Positions 1 to 12,969 of a stretch of DNA of 64,000 nucleotides are shown here, in pieces; position 1 is the first letter of the stretch; each line of letters begins with the position of its first letter. A program made the position numbers and the translations under genes. The notes beneath the pieces were generated by a model. It was not told the origin of the DNA. It made no database searches and worked only from the letters and a program-made list of their open reading frames with translations. Source of the DNA: Octopus sinensis (taxonomy: Eukaryota); the NCBI RefSeq assembly GCF_006345805.1, contig NC_043019.1, forward strand, positions 21,203,360 to 21,267,359, read 5' to 3'.

Positions 1-99
1 TTGACTACAGAAGACAACGTGTCTTTTACTCTGACATCCAGAGAAGTGAGATTGGAGCTATATCTTTAAAGGATTACTCATTTAAAATCCTTGCAAAAA
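1..99 (+). CDS. LRP1: LRP1-like exon 1 (partial), YWTD propeller: [32 protein letters not shown]
   Basis: Open frame from nt 3; GTAAGT donor at 100, phase 1. Confidence 0.85.
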
Positions 100-3000
100 G
101 TAAGTTTAGTTTTTGTATTTTTTTCTCTTTAAATTATTATCTGTTTTCATCTCATCATTCTTTTTGTCGCTGCCATCATGACCAATGCCATCTACATCAT
201 AATTATATATGTGTATCTATAGAATAGCTGATATAAATACTGGCTTGTTTTGTTGATTGGTTGTTTGAATCACACTCTACGCCAGTGTTTCTCAACCATC
301 ATTTGCCTATGGACCTCTTTCATTCCTATTTTATGCTACTGAACCCCCAAGTTGAAAAAAAATCTTACTATATTTTTTATTGGTGCTGGTATTATTGTTA
401 ATCTATCCAGGGCACTCTGTAAAAGGAGCTTGTGAGCAAGCAGCATTTTAGGGTCAGGAAGATTTTTTTGTTTAAAGTTGAGAACGCGACTACCTCTCTA
501 GTGCTGGTGCTGCAATAAAATGCATCCAGTACAATCTGTAAAGGAGTTAGGAAGGGCATCAGGCTGTAGAAACCAACCCCAAAAATAAAGCGATAATAAA
601 AAATAGACAAGTATTTAATTTCAAGAACATTGATTTGAGATCATTAATTATATACCATATGATAAATCTGGATCACAAGTAATTATGACGTGACAGCATG
701 TACCATGCTTTCACTAATTGCTTTATGTGCCTCTGAAATCACAAGAGGACATATACACCATCACAACCCTATCTAACTTGATGTTGCAGACCCAGGATAT
801 GATTGCTAAATGGAACGAGAGCTATCACTAGCACTCAGTTGGTACTCATTTTTTTAGCCAAGTAAAGAAATTGTAAAATAAATATTTGAAAACATGCGAA
901 ACATTTTAACATCATAGAATATACTTATAGACACAAGAAAAAGATTGTGCAAATGTTACACATGGTCCATACTGTCATCTGGTGTAGAAACATGGACATT
1001 GGCAAAAACTTTATCGGACAAACTAAATGCTTTTGAAATGTGGACTTATTGAATATCTTGAATAAAACATAAAACTGATGAAGAAGTGCTACAACTAGCA
1101 AATACAAAAAATGATCACTACTGTCAACTATTAATGAAAGGAAGCTAAAGTTATTTTTGCTCACATTCTTAAGAGCACAAGATATACAAAGGTTGTTACT
1201 AGAAGGAAAGATACATAGCAAACTCTCACAAGGAAGACTTGTAGAACAAACTAATTTGATAACACGAAGGACGTCTGGACTACACAGTCATATGGTGAAT
1301 GTGTAAGGCGGCGAGATGGCAGAATCGTTAGCACGTCGGGCGAAATGCGTTGCGGTATTTCGACTGCTGTTACGTTGTGAGTTCAAATTCCGCCGAGGTC
1401 GACATTGCTTTTCATCCTTTCGGGGTCGATTAAATGAGTACCAGTTATGCACTGGGGTCGATGTAATCGACTTAATCCCTTTGTCTGTCCTTGTTTGTCC
1501 CCTCTGTGTTTAGCCCCTTGTAGGTATTAAAGAAATAGGAATGTGTAAGAATGACTGAGAAAAGACCCAAATGGAGATCCTTGATATTGAACCTACTGAG
1601 AGCAGATGATATCTAAGGATGATGAAAGACTTGAACAATGAGAAAAGAGGGAATTTGCTTAAAGAAAGCCCACTACCCAGTTCAGAAACCAAACCCACTA
1701 TCTTGCAATAGTGAGCTCCAGTTCTCTCACCACTAGTTTATGCAGCTTCCCATTAATTTCTGAATGAGATCATTAATCATAAATGTATGTCTGTTAATTT
1801 TAGATATTGGTTCTGCTGAAGATTTAGCTTACAGTTCTGAGCTTGACCACCTATACTGGACAAGCCACACTCACAGCTCCATTAGCCGTCTTAATGTCAA
1901 TGACACAGTGGTAAATCCCAAACCAGAAGTCATCTTAGAATTAACAAAAGAAGATTATCTCCGAGCCATTGTAATCAACAGCTGTGAATCGTAAGTAGTA
2001 ACTCTTCTCTCTTCAAAAAAATTTATTTGCATACACACACACACAGACACACACACTCATATTATAACTAGTAGTACTCTGTCAGTTATGTTGATGAGTG
2101 TTTCATTGATCCAATCAATGGAACAGCCTGCTCATGAAATTAACGTGCAAGTGGTTGAGCACTCCATCGACATTTGTAACCATATCATAGTTCTCGGATA
2201 TTCAGCATGACACAGAATGTGACAAGGCTGACCCTTTGAAATACATGTACTACTCGTTTTTGCAAGCTGTGTGGACTGGAGTGACATGAAATGAAGTGTC
2301 TTGCTCAAGGATACAACACACTGCCTGGTATCGAACTGACAAATTTTTACTCCTTAGCTGAATACACTAACCACTAAGCCATGCATCTTCGCATATATAT
2401 CACTTAATAAACACAGGATTTAAATGTGAGCTACTGTAAATTTCATTTTCAAATAGTACAGTTATTGGATGAGCTTATAGAACATACTGTGTAATGGTGC
2501 AGGCTCTTACTATCGAAGCCTGAATCTTATACCAGCTCACATTTTAAATCCTCTTTTTATTAAAAGAGGATTTTATCAGCTCCAGATGGATGATAGACAA
2601 AGTTGATTCGGGCAGAATTTGAACTTGAAACTTAGCGAGTGGGAAGAAATGCCACTTAGCATTCCGTCTGATGTGCTAAGGGTCCTACTAGCTCCCTACT
2701 TTAAAAGTGATAGTGATTCAGCCAGCCTGTTGGATGAAGTACTTTTTTATGTTGATTCTATCGACAATGGAACAGTATACTGCTTGACAACTGGTATTGA
2801 TCTGTTTACATCCCAGTAACTTAACAGTTTGGCAAAAGAGACTGGATAAGTTCCAGACTTATTAAAATGTAAGTCCTGGGGTTGATTTGTTCAACTAAAC
2901 TCTTCTGAGCAGTGCTGTAGCATGGCTGCAGTTCAGTAACTGAGACAAGTAAAAGATTAAAACAAAAAAAAATTTTTTAAATTGTGTGTAAAGAGAAAAA

Positions 3001-5429
3001 AAAAAGTAAAATGCCAATTGTAAAATTAATAATAATATTGATGTTGTTGTTCTCAACAGTCGGATGTACTGGACTAACTGGAATATCAAAAGTCCCAGTA
3101 TACAGCGAGCTTATCTCGGAGGCTATGATGTCCACTATATTATCACCACACGGATCCATATGCCCAATGCTCTTGCTATTGACCATAAGGCTCAGAAACT
3201 GTTCTGGGCTGATGCTCGCTTGGACAAAATCGAGAGATGCAACCTGGATGGAACCGACCGCAGAGTAAGTGTAAACAAGTTGCTAAAAGTATTTTTTCCA
3301 GTTGTCTGTCTTACTACGTTATTACGTAACATGCTTCATGATTTTAGTATACATACCTTATTAGAATTTCCTCCTGTGTTCTATATACTCTGGGAATGCA
3401 TTAAAGCCCTTTTCAGGGCTACTTTATTTGAATTCTTACTATCGGGTAACTAATTTCATGTTATTACATAACTGACTTCACAATTTGGGTATTCATAACT
3501 TATTGGGGATTCCTAAAAACAAGATCCTGTGTAAGACAGTTCAATATTTTCTGTAAATTCACAAAAGCCATTTTAAGGGCTACATACTTTGTATTGTTAT
3601 TGGATTGGTGAAAGAATTATGAGAATGGAACCAAGAGATAAACCCCGCTTTCCTGGGAATTACCAGGTATGTCAGCTAGTATGTGTATATATGTGTGTGT
3701 GTGTGCACATGAAGTAAGAAAAGAGCCTCTGCATGTGTCAGAAATAGTATATATGATGTGGTAGAAATAGCAGCAAAATATTCCTCGCATGATACCATAT
3801 AATCTTGAAACATGGAATGATACATTAGATAATATAGTAAGAAATATACTCTGCCTTAAAAATGAAAAATAAATGGTCATGACTAGAATAGGTTTGCTCC
3901 ATCTGGGTTAGCTAAACAACAACAACAATCCTATGGATCACCAACATGTAATGCTGTAGTGGTGTGGCTGATACTGGTATCGAACTCAAGACCATGGGTT
4001 TTGCAAAGTGGAATAGTTTACCCGCTCTGTCATTACGTACTAATGAAATGTACCAAACTACTTACAGAATCTTCGTGAAACTGCCCCATGGACTAAACTG
4101 ATTCCTTCTAACTGTGATAGTTGCCTAGTTTCCTGTTCAAATCATTTTCAAAAGTTTGTTCTAAACATCCACACTTAGGCAGATCTTGTTCCATATGTTC
4201 TGGGTAATATAAAATTTTCCTTTCCTAAATCGAAAGTTATTCTGGTGGTTAAAAAAACAATTGAGAATGTTTATCTTATAAAACGCATGGATGCCAGCAA
4301 AATATGTCTTCGGTTGTGTGGGTTTGCAGGTAATTTGAAAATACCTGATGTACCTTGCACAGTTGCAGACTGTCCTTTGGCAACGCATGGTACCTGTTCA
4401 GCCACCCTGCCAGGAATACGGTGAAGTCATGGGACTGCTGCATGGTAGATTATGAAGAGGTAGTGGAAGAGCTCAGCTGAGCCAATGGTGCTTCTTTCAT
4501 TGATGCTGAGCAGAGGAACCCTAGAAGAGCAATGGTCAGAGTCACCAAGTTCTATCAAGTAAATAACTGCAATGTACTCATAGGGGTGGCATGAATTGGA
4601 TTGGCAACAATCATAGGAACCCACAAAAGCAACAAGAAAAAAGAAAAGCTGATATGTAGGATGGCCAAAGTGTTAAAATCTGAATTATGTTTGCTGACTT
4701 CAGTTCTCAATTTTTATGTTGTTTTTTTTTAATTTTTGTGTATGTGTTGTATTTCAGGACATTGTTAACGCCGTCCCTCGTCATCCATTTGCTCTGGCCG
4801 TCTATGGAGATTTCATTTACTGGACAGACTGGATTCTCAAAGCTGTCCTCCGAGTCAATAAACATGATGGTTCCGGTATAACTTGGATGAGGAATCGTAT
4901 TGCAAGACAGCCCATGGGTATCATTGCTGTGGCCAATGACACAGATGATTGTACCCAAAATCCTTGTTACCAGAACAAGTTCGGCTGTCATGATACATGT
5001 AATGTTGATCCCCATGGTCATCCATACTGTACATGTCAAGATGGTTTCATACTAATGCCAGATGGAAAATCATGCAGTGAGTTGACTTCCCTCATTAATA
5101 TTTTCCTTGATTAATTACTGATGGCTTTCTTTTTAATTGCTATTGTTTGGCACCCTGCTCTATAAAATATAGTTTTTCTTTCTTTTTTTTTTTTCTTGAC
5201 ACCTTGCTTCCTAAAAAAGGCTCCTCCTTTCTCTTTCTAAATAACAGATTTCCACTGCTCTGAAGGTATGTTTGCCTGCACATCCAGTAACCGATGTCTA
5301 ATGTCTGAGAACCGTTGTAATGGCAAAACTGAGTGTCCTGGTGGTGAAGATGAACAGAATTGTTCAGAAGGTAAATTCTGGAAAAACTGTTTTAATCTTT
5401 CTCTGTCTTTATTTCTCTCTCTCTCTCTC

Positions 5430-5472
<43 letters not shown>

Positions 5473-8400
5473 TCATCATTTAGCGTCTGCTTTCCATGCT
5501 AGCATGGGTTGGACTATATATATATATAGTTAATCCAAACATGAAAACACAGCAACGTGAGGACGTGGAACAAGTATAGTATTATTGGATGCTCAGGAAA
5601 GAAGGAGGATTTAACCTTTCGAGCGGAGCTCTTCATCAGAAACATAGGAAAAGGAAAGATCCAAAGAAGGGAAGATGGAGGGAAAAAAATCGCCAATGGT
5701 ACACACATGGTCACATTTTGAAAGACCAGAAGGGAATGGGTGAAGAAAAAGTTCATATATATATATATATATATGCTTGTGTCACATAAAAAGCACACAG
5801 TACATACTGTAAAGTGGTTGGCATTAAGAAGGGTATTCAGCCATAGAAACTATACCAGAACAGTGGAGTCAGGTGCAGCCCCCTGCCTTACCAGCTCCAG
5901 TCAAACCATCTAACCCATGCCACCATGGAAAATGGACATTAAATGATGATAATATTTCTCCCTCTGTCTTTTTCTCTATTAATCATCAAACATACTCAGG
6001 GGGTTAGAGAGAGAGCACTCATGTCCCAACCCTTCTTTTTTTTCAAAACGTCCGAGACTGATAGGAACAAGGGAAGATAGTGTTCTTGGCCCCAGAACCA
6101 AATCCAAATGCTTATAACAAAGTGTGACCTGCTAAAAGCAATTTGTGACGAGTCAGTCCTCACTTATCAGCCAGCTACTTTTCTTTTGGATTCAGTCTAG
6201 GATGTTCAACATTATATGACTCTATCAATCTATGTGTTCTGTAACTCACTTGAGACCAATTTTCAACAGAAACATGGTAACAAAAGGTGTTAATGTACTT
6301 TAGGAGCATTTTTAGCATATTTTCTGGTGTATAAGTCAGCAAAGTATGGAGTGAAAACCCGTTGTGTAAACATTCAAACAGTGTCACAACCTTTTGAAAT
6401 TCTGCTGCATTTCAAATGGAATTGTTCTCTAAAGTCAGGGTATAAATTGACCAATCTCCTTTGGCTGTAAATTTTAATCTGAAAAATTCAACTCATATTG
6501 TGTGTGTGGTAGATGTACAGGTACAATAAATGCTAGAAATGTACAGAAAATAGACTCCATCAAAACCCAGTGGAAATATTTAAAAGTAGTTGATAGCTTC
6601 TGTTATCTGAGTGACCAAGTCAGTATTAGAGATGGATGCTCTGAGAGGGTAGCTGCTAGAATAAGAATAGGCAGGGCCTCTCCCTCAGAGTGAAAGGCAG
6701 ATTGTATGATGCCTGTGTGCAGACAGCCATGCTACACAGCAGTGAAATATGGGCTGAGACTGCAGAGGGCTTGCAAAGACTTGAAAGAAATGAAGCTAGT
6801 ATGCTACATTGGATGTGCAATGTCAGTGTATGTACAACAGAGTATAAGCATCTTGAGAGAAAATTCGGGCATAAGAGGCATCAGATGTGGTGTGCAAGAG
6901 AGAAGACTGCACTAGCATGGTCATGTGATGCATATGCATGAAGGCAGCTGTGTGAAGAAGTGCTGATCCCTAACTGAAGAGGGAACCTGTGGAAGAGGTA
7001 GATCCAGGAAGACATGGGCCAAGGTGGTGAAGCATGATCTTCAGATGTTGGCTCTCACAAAGGTGATGACCAATAATCAAAACCTTTGGTAGTTTGCTGT
7101 GCTTGAGAAAACTCATCAGGCCAAGTAAAATCATAGTCGTGGACGTTGCCAGTAACACATGAAAGGCACCCATGATGGTGACTCGTAAAAGGCACCCAGG
7201 ACTCCGTGTGATATTTTCAAAATACCTGCATACCCATAAATACCCTACACATTCATGTACTAATGTTTTTACCTTTTATTTTCTCTTGTGATTTATGTTT
7301 TTCTTTTATTTTTTTATTGTTCTTTTAGTTGAGTGTAAAGAGAACGAGTTCAAGTGTTTAAACAACAACAGCTGTATTCTAGCCTTTTGGGTTTGTGATT
7401 CCATTGAAGAATGTAAAGATGGTTCAGATGAGGCTAATTGCAGTAAGTTTTGACTAATGTTAATTATTTCTTATTATTTCCTAGTGCTTTTCTGTCAGAC
7501 CAAGCTAAACCTAAAAGAAGTTATATTCTATATACAATCATCATCATAATCATTTAACATCTGTTGTCCATGCTGGCATTGGTTCGATGGTTTGACCAGA
7601 GCTGGCAAGCTGGGAGCTGCATCAGACTCCAGTCTGATTTGGTATGGTTTCTATGGCTGCATGCCCTTCCTGATGCCAACTACTTTACAAAGTGTACTGG
7701 GTGCTTTTATGTAGCACCACACAGGCACTTTTATGTGACACCACATGGATGCGTTTACAAGGTATCACACAGGTGCTCTTACATGGCATCATACAGGCGC
7801 TTTTACCTGGTGTGGCATAGCTGCTTTTACGTGGTAGCACCACAAGTGCTTTTCAGTCTGTCAAGGTTAATGAAATATGTACCAGTTGACCACAGAGATC
7901 AATATAATTGATTAACCTCCTCCCCTAAAATTTCAGACTATAGTAGAAAGAATTATCATTTTTAAGGCAGGAAGCTGGCTAAGTCATTATCATTTTTAAA
8001 GCTGGGAGCTGGCTGAATCACTATCACTTTTAAAGTAGGGAGCTAGTAGGACCCTTAGCACATCAGACGAAATGCTAAGTGGCATTTCTTCCCACTCGCT
8101 AAGTTCCAAGTTCAAATTCTGCCCGAATCAACTTGGCCTATCATCCATCTGGTGCTGATAAAATAACGTACCAGTTACACACGGGGATTGATGTAATCAA
8201 TTTGTCCCCTTTTCTTGTGCCAAAATAAGAAAGAATTATTTTAACTTTTTAAGGTGGTAGAGTCATCAGCACTATCCATAAGATACCAAATTTTCTGGCT
8301 TTTGAGCCTGGTGCAGCCTCCTGGCTTGCCAGTCTTCAGTCAAACTGTCCAACCCATGCCAGCATGGAAAGTGGACATTAAACGATGATGATGATATAAA

Positions 8401-11400
8401 AAGCAATTTTTTTCAGAGCTGCAATTTCTCTAAATCAGATTGCCTGCCATATCTTCAAAATTATCAATACAGCGAAATTATTTTATGGCAAAATTTCCTA
8501 AATGAGAAAGTTTCCTACAAGTTTTTCTACAGTGTGTTTTTCTGAGGCAAAAATGTTTACGGCAAATGTTCCTAGAACCCAAATAAGGAATCATTTGGAT
8601 TGTGAAGGGATAGAGTTAAACACCATATGATAGACCATGTTCGCCATAAGAGGGACCACATTAACTGAATGGGGGACTATGTTAACCATACCACCATGCT
8701 TGGTTTATATTATTTTTGTTGTATTCTTTTTTGTTTTATATCTTCAGCCTGCAAAGAAGGATTCTTTCAATGTAAAGATGGAACCTGCATTGAGGGCAAG
8801 TGGGAATGTGATGCCCATCATGATTGTGTTGATGGTTCTGATGAACACAAATTTTGTAGTAAGTAATTTCATTTCCTTAAATTAATGAACATTAACCCTT
8901 TCGTTACTATATTTCTGACCAAATTACACCCCTTATGTGTTTCAATTAATTTCTAACGTAATCATAAATTTAGTCTGGTTTCATTAAACAACTATAACTT
9001 TTTTATTTATCGATATATCAATCTGATTTTTGGAAGATAATTTAATGAAATATTCTCAACCAATTCTATACTATAATTTTTGTTACAAAGTGACTCTAAT
9101 TGCAGGTAGATACAGGTAAATTCCACAAAATATAAAATTATTAAAATTTTGTTCAAACATCGCTATAGAAAATGGGTTATTAGCTAATATTCAATTGGGT
9201 ATATAACAAAATTTTACGATAGAATTTGTTATTCTGGGTAACTTTCTGATACCCATAATAATATTTACGGCAAAATAGTCTTAATTTCATTTAAGGTTGA
9301 GGGAAACCACAAACTATCGTTTCTTTTGCTTTGTTTACGTTTAGCGTAACGGTTCGTCTCCGCTGTAATGATTTCAAATAGGCTCATTCGAAAAAGTAAA
9401 AAGAAATAGTCTAACGCTTTACTCTTCTGGGAAAGTCTGTGGCTTGGTCCAGTTTCTTCAGAAAAATCACTGAAAGAAACAGTTTTTAAATTTTCACTCC
9501 ATTCAGGTGCCAATTCGTTTTCTTTATCGCTATCGGAGATCTCAGATTCACTGTTTTCACTTTCGGAAAATGAAACATCAGATTCATTATCAAATACCAC
9601 ATGCTTTTTTTTTTCAGTCATAGAGTTAGATTTATGAAGGTCTTCAGTAGAAAATCCTTCGAATTCTGACTCGCTGCTTGATATAATGAAATTCGTATCC
9701 ATTTTTTGTCAGAATTACAAATTTTGAAAACACAATAGGAACAAATTTCGGAAAAAAATCTCCCAAAATTCACGGAATTAAAATTACACTTCGATTATTG
9801 TACAGAACTGTAGTTGAACTGTTAACGAAGTATAATACGTGTTTTCACGAATGTACTGAAGAGATTTGCTCTGATATTCTCATTTAAATATGAATAGGTA
9901 AATTCGGGCGGCTTTGGGCGGTTTGGTTTCATAAACCAAAATTTTGTTCGGGCGGCTTTGGGCGGTTTGGTAACGAAAGGGTTAATAACATGCGCGTACA
10001 CACACACACACATACAAATAAACACTAACACACATTTCTTTGCTACCCTTTTAGTAACCTGTACCCAATGAGATCAAATCAAGAGACATTCTCTGATCCT
10101 GCTCTAACCAGCAAAAGATTCTATACATAGTCCTTCATAACCTGAGCTTCCCGGAATCATAGGGTTCCACAAGAAGTTTCTCAGAGTTCTATAAAAAGCA
10201 ATTATATGTAAATGAGTTTTGAACAATTTTTGTGTTTAATTTTTTATTCAAATTCTGTCAAGGTTGATTTTGCCCTTTGTCCTTTCGAGGTTGATAAAAT
10301 ATCAGTTATGTTCTGCTTGCTGGCCTTGAGCCAAAATTTGAAACGATTATTATCATTATTGAGTGAGAGAACAATACATTTCATCAAAGTCACACTGGGG
10401 TACAAATATATGAAGCCCAATATACCTATCATGACTACCTGTCTGATAAGGGTACCCCAGGCATATGCATCCTTTTGGGATTGATAAATTAAGTACCAGT
10501 TATGCACTGGGGTCAATGTAATCGACTACCCCCCACATCCCCCAAAGTTTCAGGCTTTGTGCCTATAGTAGAAAGGATTATTATTATTGTTATTATTAAG
10601 ACAGTGAGCTGGCAGAATTGTTAGCACACCAGGCAAAATGCTTAGTGGCATTTTGTCTCTTTTTACATTCTGAGTTCAAATTCTGCCAAGGTTGACTTCA
10701 ACTTTCATTTTTTCAAGAATGATAAAATATGACCAGTCAAGCACTGGGGGTTGATGTAACTGTTTTACTCCCTCCCCTGAACTTGTTGGCCTTCACACTT
10801 GCACCAATCTTTTTCAGCCATATTGGTAGTTGAGAACTAATACTTCCAAGTGCACTAATTACTATTGGTATCATGTCTATTCTCCTCATTGACCACAACC
10901 TTCATATTTCCCACGTCAAATCATTATAGTTGTTTATTTTTTTCTTGTTCTTTTTCATTGATCCTGTTGACACCGGGGCATGCTATGTTCATCATCATGC
11001 ATGTTCTTTCTTTTTTATTCATCACAGCAATGTCTGGTCAGGTGATCGCACCAAATCATTGCATCCCACAGGATTTTGTAATTCTCATTCTCGGTGACTC
11101 CTGGGGATTTTTGATACCACATCTTTGCTCTTTGTAGGCCGTAATTTCCACAGAGCTCTCAATGGATCCTTCTTGCCACATTGTCATGGCATCTTTTGTA
11201 TTTGCATTGTGCCAATTTCAGGCATTCGCTAACGATGTGCCATACCTTTTCACCCCTCTCACCACACATTTTGCATTTGTTACTGTCAGTAGTGTTGTCT
11301 ATTCTGCACTTCACATTGTTGGTCCTTCATGCTTGCTCTTAAGCTGCGCATATGAGTGTTTTTGTCTCTATCTTCAGGTCACTCCTCCTCAGCCATAGTC

Positions 11401-12931
11401 ATCAGTCCTCTGTATCTGTTTTTATGTTCACATCTCTTGCAAACTGACCATACATATTTTCTCCTTCCAGGCTGTTTCTTTTTGTGTTCATTTCTTGTTT
11501 AAATTTTTCTTTCATTATACAATTCTCAGTTTTGATGACACTGGCCTTCTTCATATGTTTCAACTGTTCAGCCTTGATGATGCTGGCCTTCTATTATTGT
11601 TGTTGTTGTTTTTATTATTATTATTATTTTTATTATTATTATTGTTATCATTATTGTTGTTATTATTATTATTGTGGTTATTATTGTTATTATTTTTATT
11701 GTTATTATTATTTTTATTGTTATTATTTTTATTATTATTATTATCATCATCACTTACTATTCTAGATCGTCCAACCTGTCACCCAGATAACTTCACTTGT
11801 GTCAGCTCCGGTCTATGCATTCCTGCCAGCTGGAAATGTGATGGTCAAAGTGATTGCCGTGACAACAGTGATGAATCAGAAGAAGCCAGTTGTCGTAAGT
11901 TACTCCCAAACCTTACTAGTTTTTGCACTAGAACCTACCACAGCCATACTGTAACTTTTATATGTAATGTTGTCGTTGCTTAGACTCACACTCACCTCAG
12001 CCCTGACCTAGCAGAACTATGGACAAAGGTGTTATAACAGTGACCATCCAGTCTTTTTAATGTACATCATCATCATCATTAGATTTTTTTACATCCACCT
12101 CATAGAGAACATTTGTGTGTGAGAGACAGAAAGATGGATGGAAGGAGAGAGAGATCATTAGTGTTGTCACCATTGTATGTTTCTATTACATCATTTATTA
12201 AAGGGAGAGAGAAAGGGGAAGAGAAAAGGTTGTTGTTGAGAGAGAAGTACAGTGAGAGGGAGAGAGAGGGGGGTGATAAATTGATAGATAGGTTGTTACC
12301 ATTGTAATTAACAAGATTACATTGGTTCAATACCTTATATCTTTGGGAAATAAATTTCCCTAAATCAAAAGGTATATATTAAGCATATAATCCATATTCA
12401 ATTAAGAGAAGAAAATAGAATTGATGGTTAATAATTATTTATTAATAAATTGATAATTATTCATTCCTACAATTGTTTCAATTTTTGCTCATTCAGTAAA
12501 TTACAAATTTATGCAATAAATCTGCATTTAAAAGTTATGAGCAAAATATCATCAGGGAAATACTAGACATTAATAAATTACATGTTCACCAATCTGTTTT
12601 TTCCAGCAGATATTTTGCTCATATCTTATAAGTGCAGATTTATTGCATAAATTTGTAATTTACTGAATGAGCAAAAATTGAAACAATTGTAGGAACGAAT
12701 GATTATTAATTATTAGCCATTAACTCCCCATTTTCTTTTCTTAATTGAATATGGATTATATGGCACTTAAAAAAGCACCCACTACACTCACAGAGTGGTT
12801 GGCGTTAGGAAGGGCATCCAGCTGTAGAAACACTGCCAGATCAGACTGGGCCTGGTGCAGCCTCATGGCTTCACAGACCCCAGTCGAACTGTCCAACCCA
12901 TGCTAGTATGGAAAATTGACGTTAAACGATG

Positions 12932-12969
<38 letters not shown>

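Noticed and set aside
4000-4680. Higher-complexity intronic stretch with short ORFs
   Set aside because: No LDLa, EGF or YWTD motif and no identifiable TE domain; needs blastx.
11484-11983. 162-aa ORF with poly-Leu, and a poly-Tyr/Cys ORF
   Set aside because: (TTA/TTG)n repeat running into exon 8; only 11766-11894 is coding.
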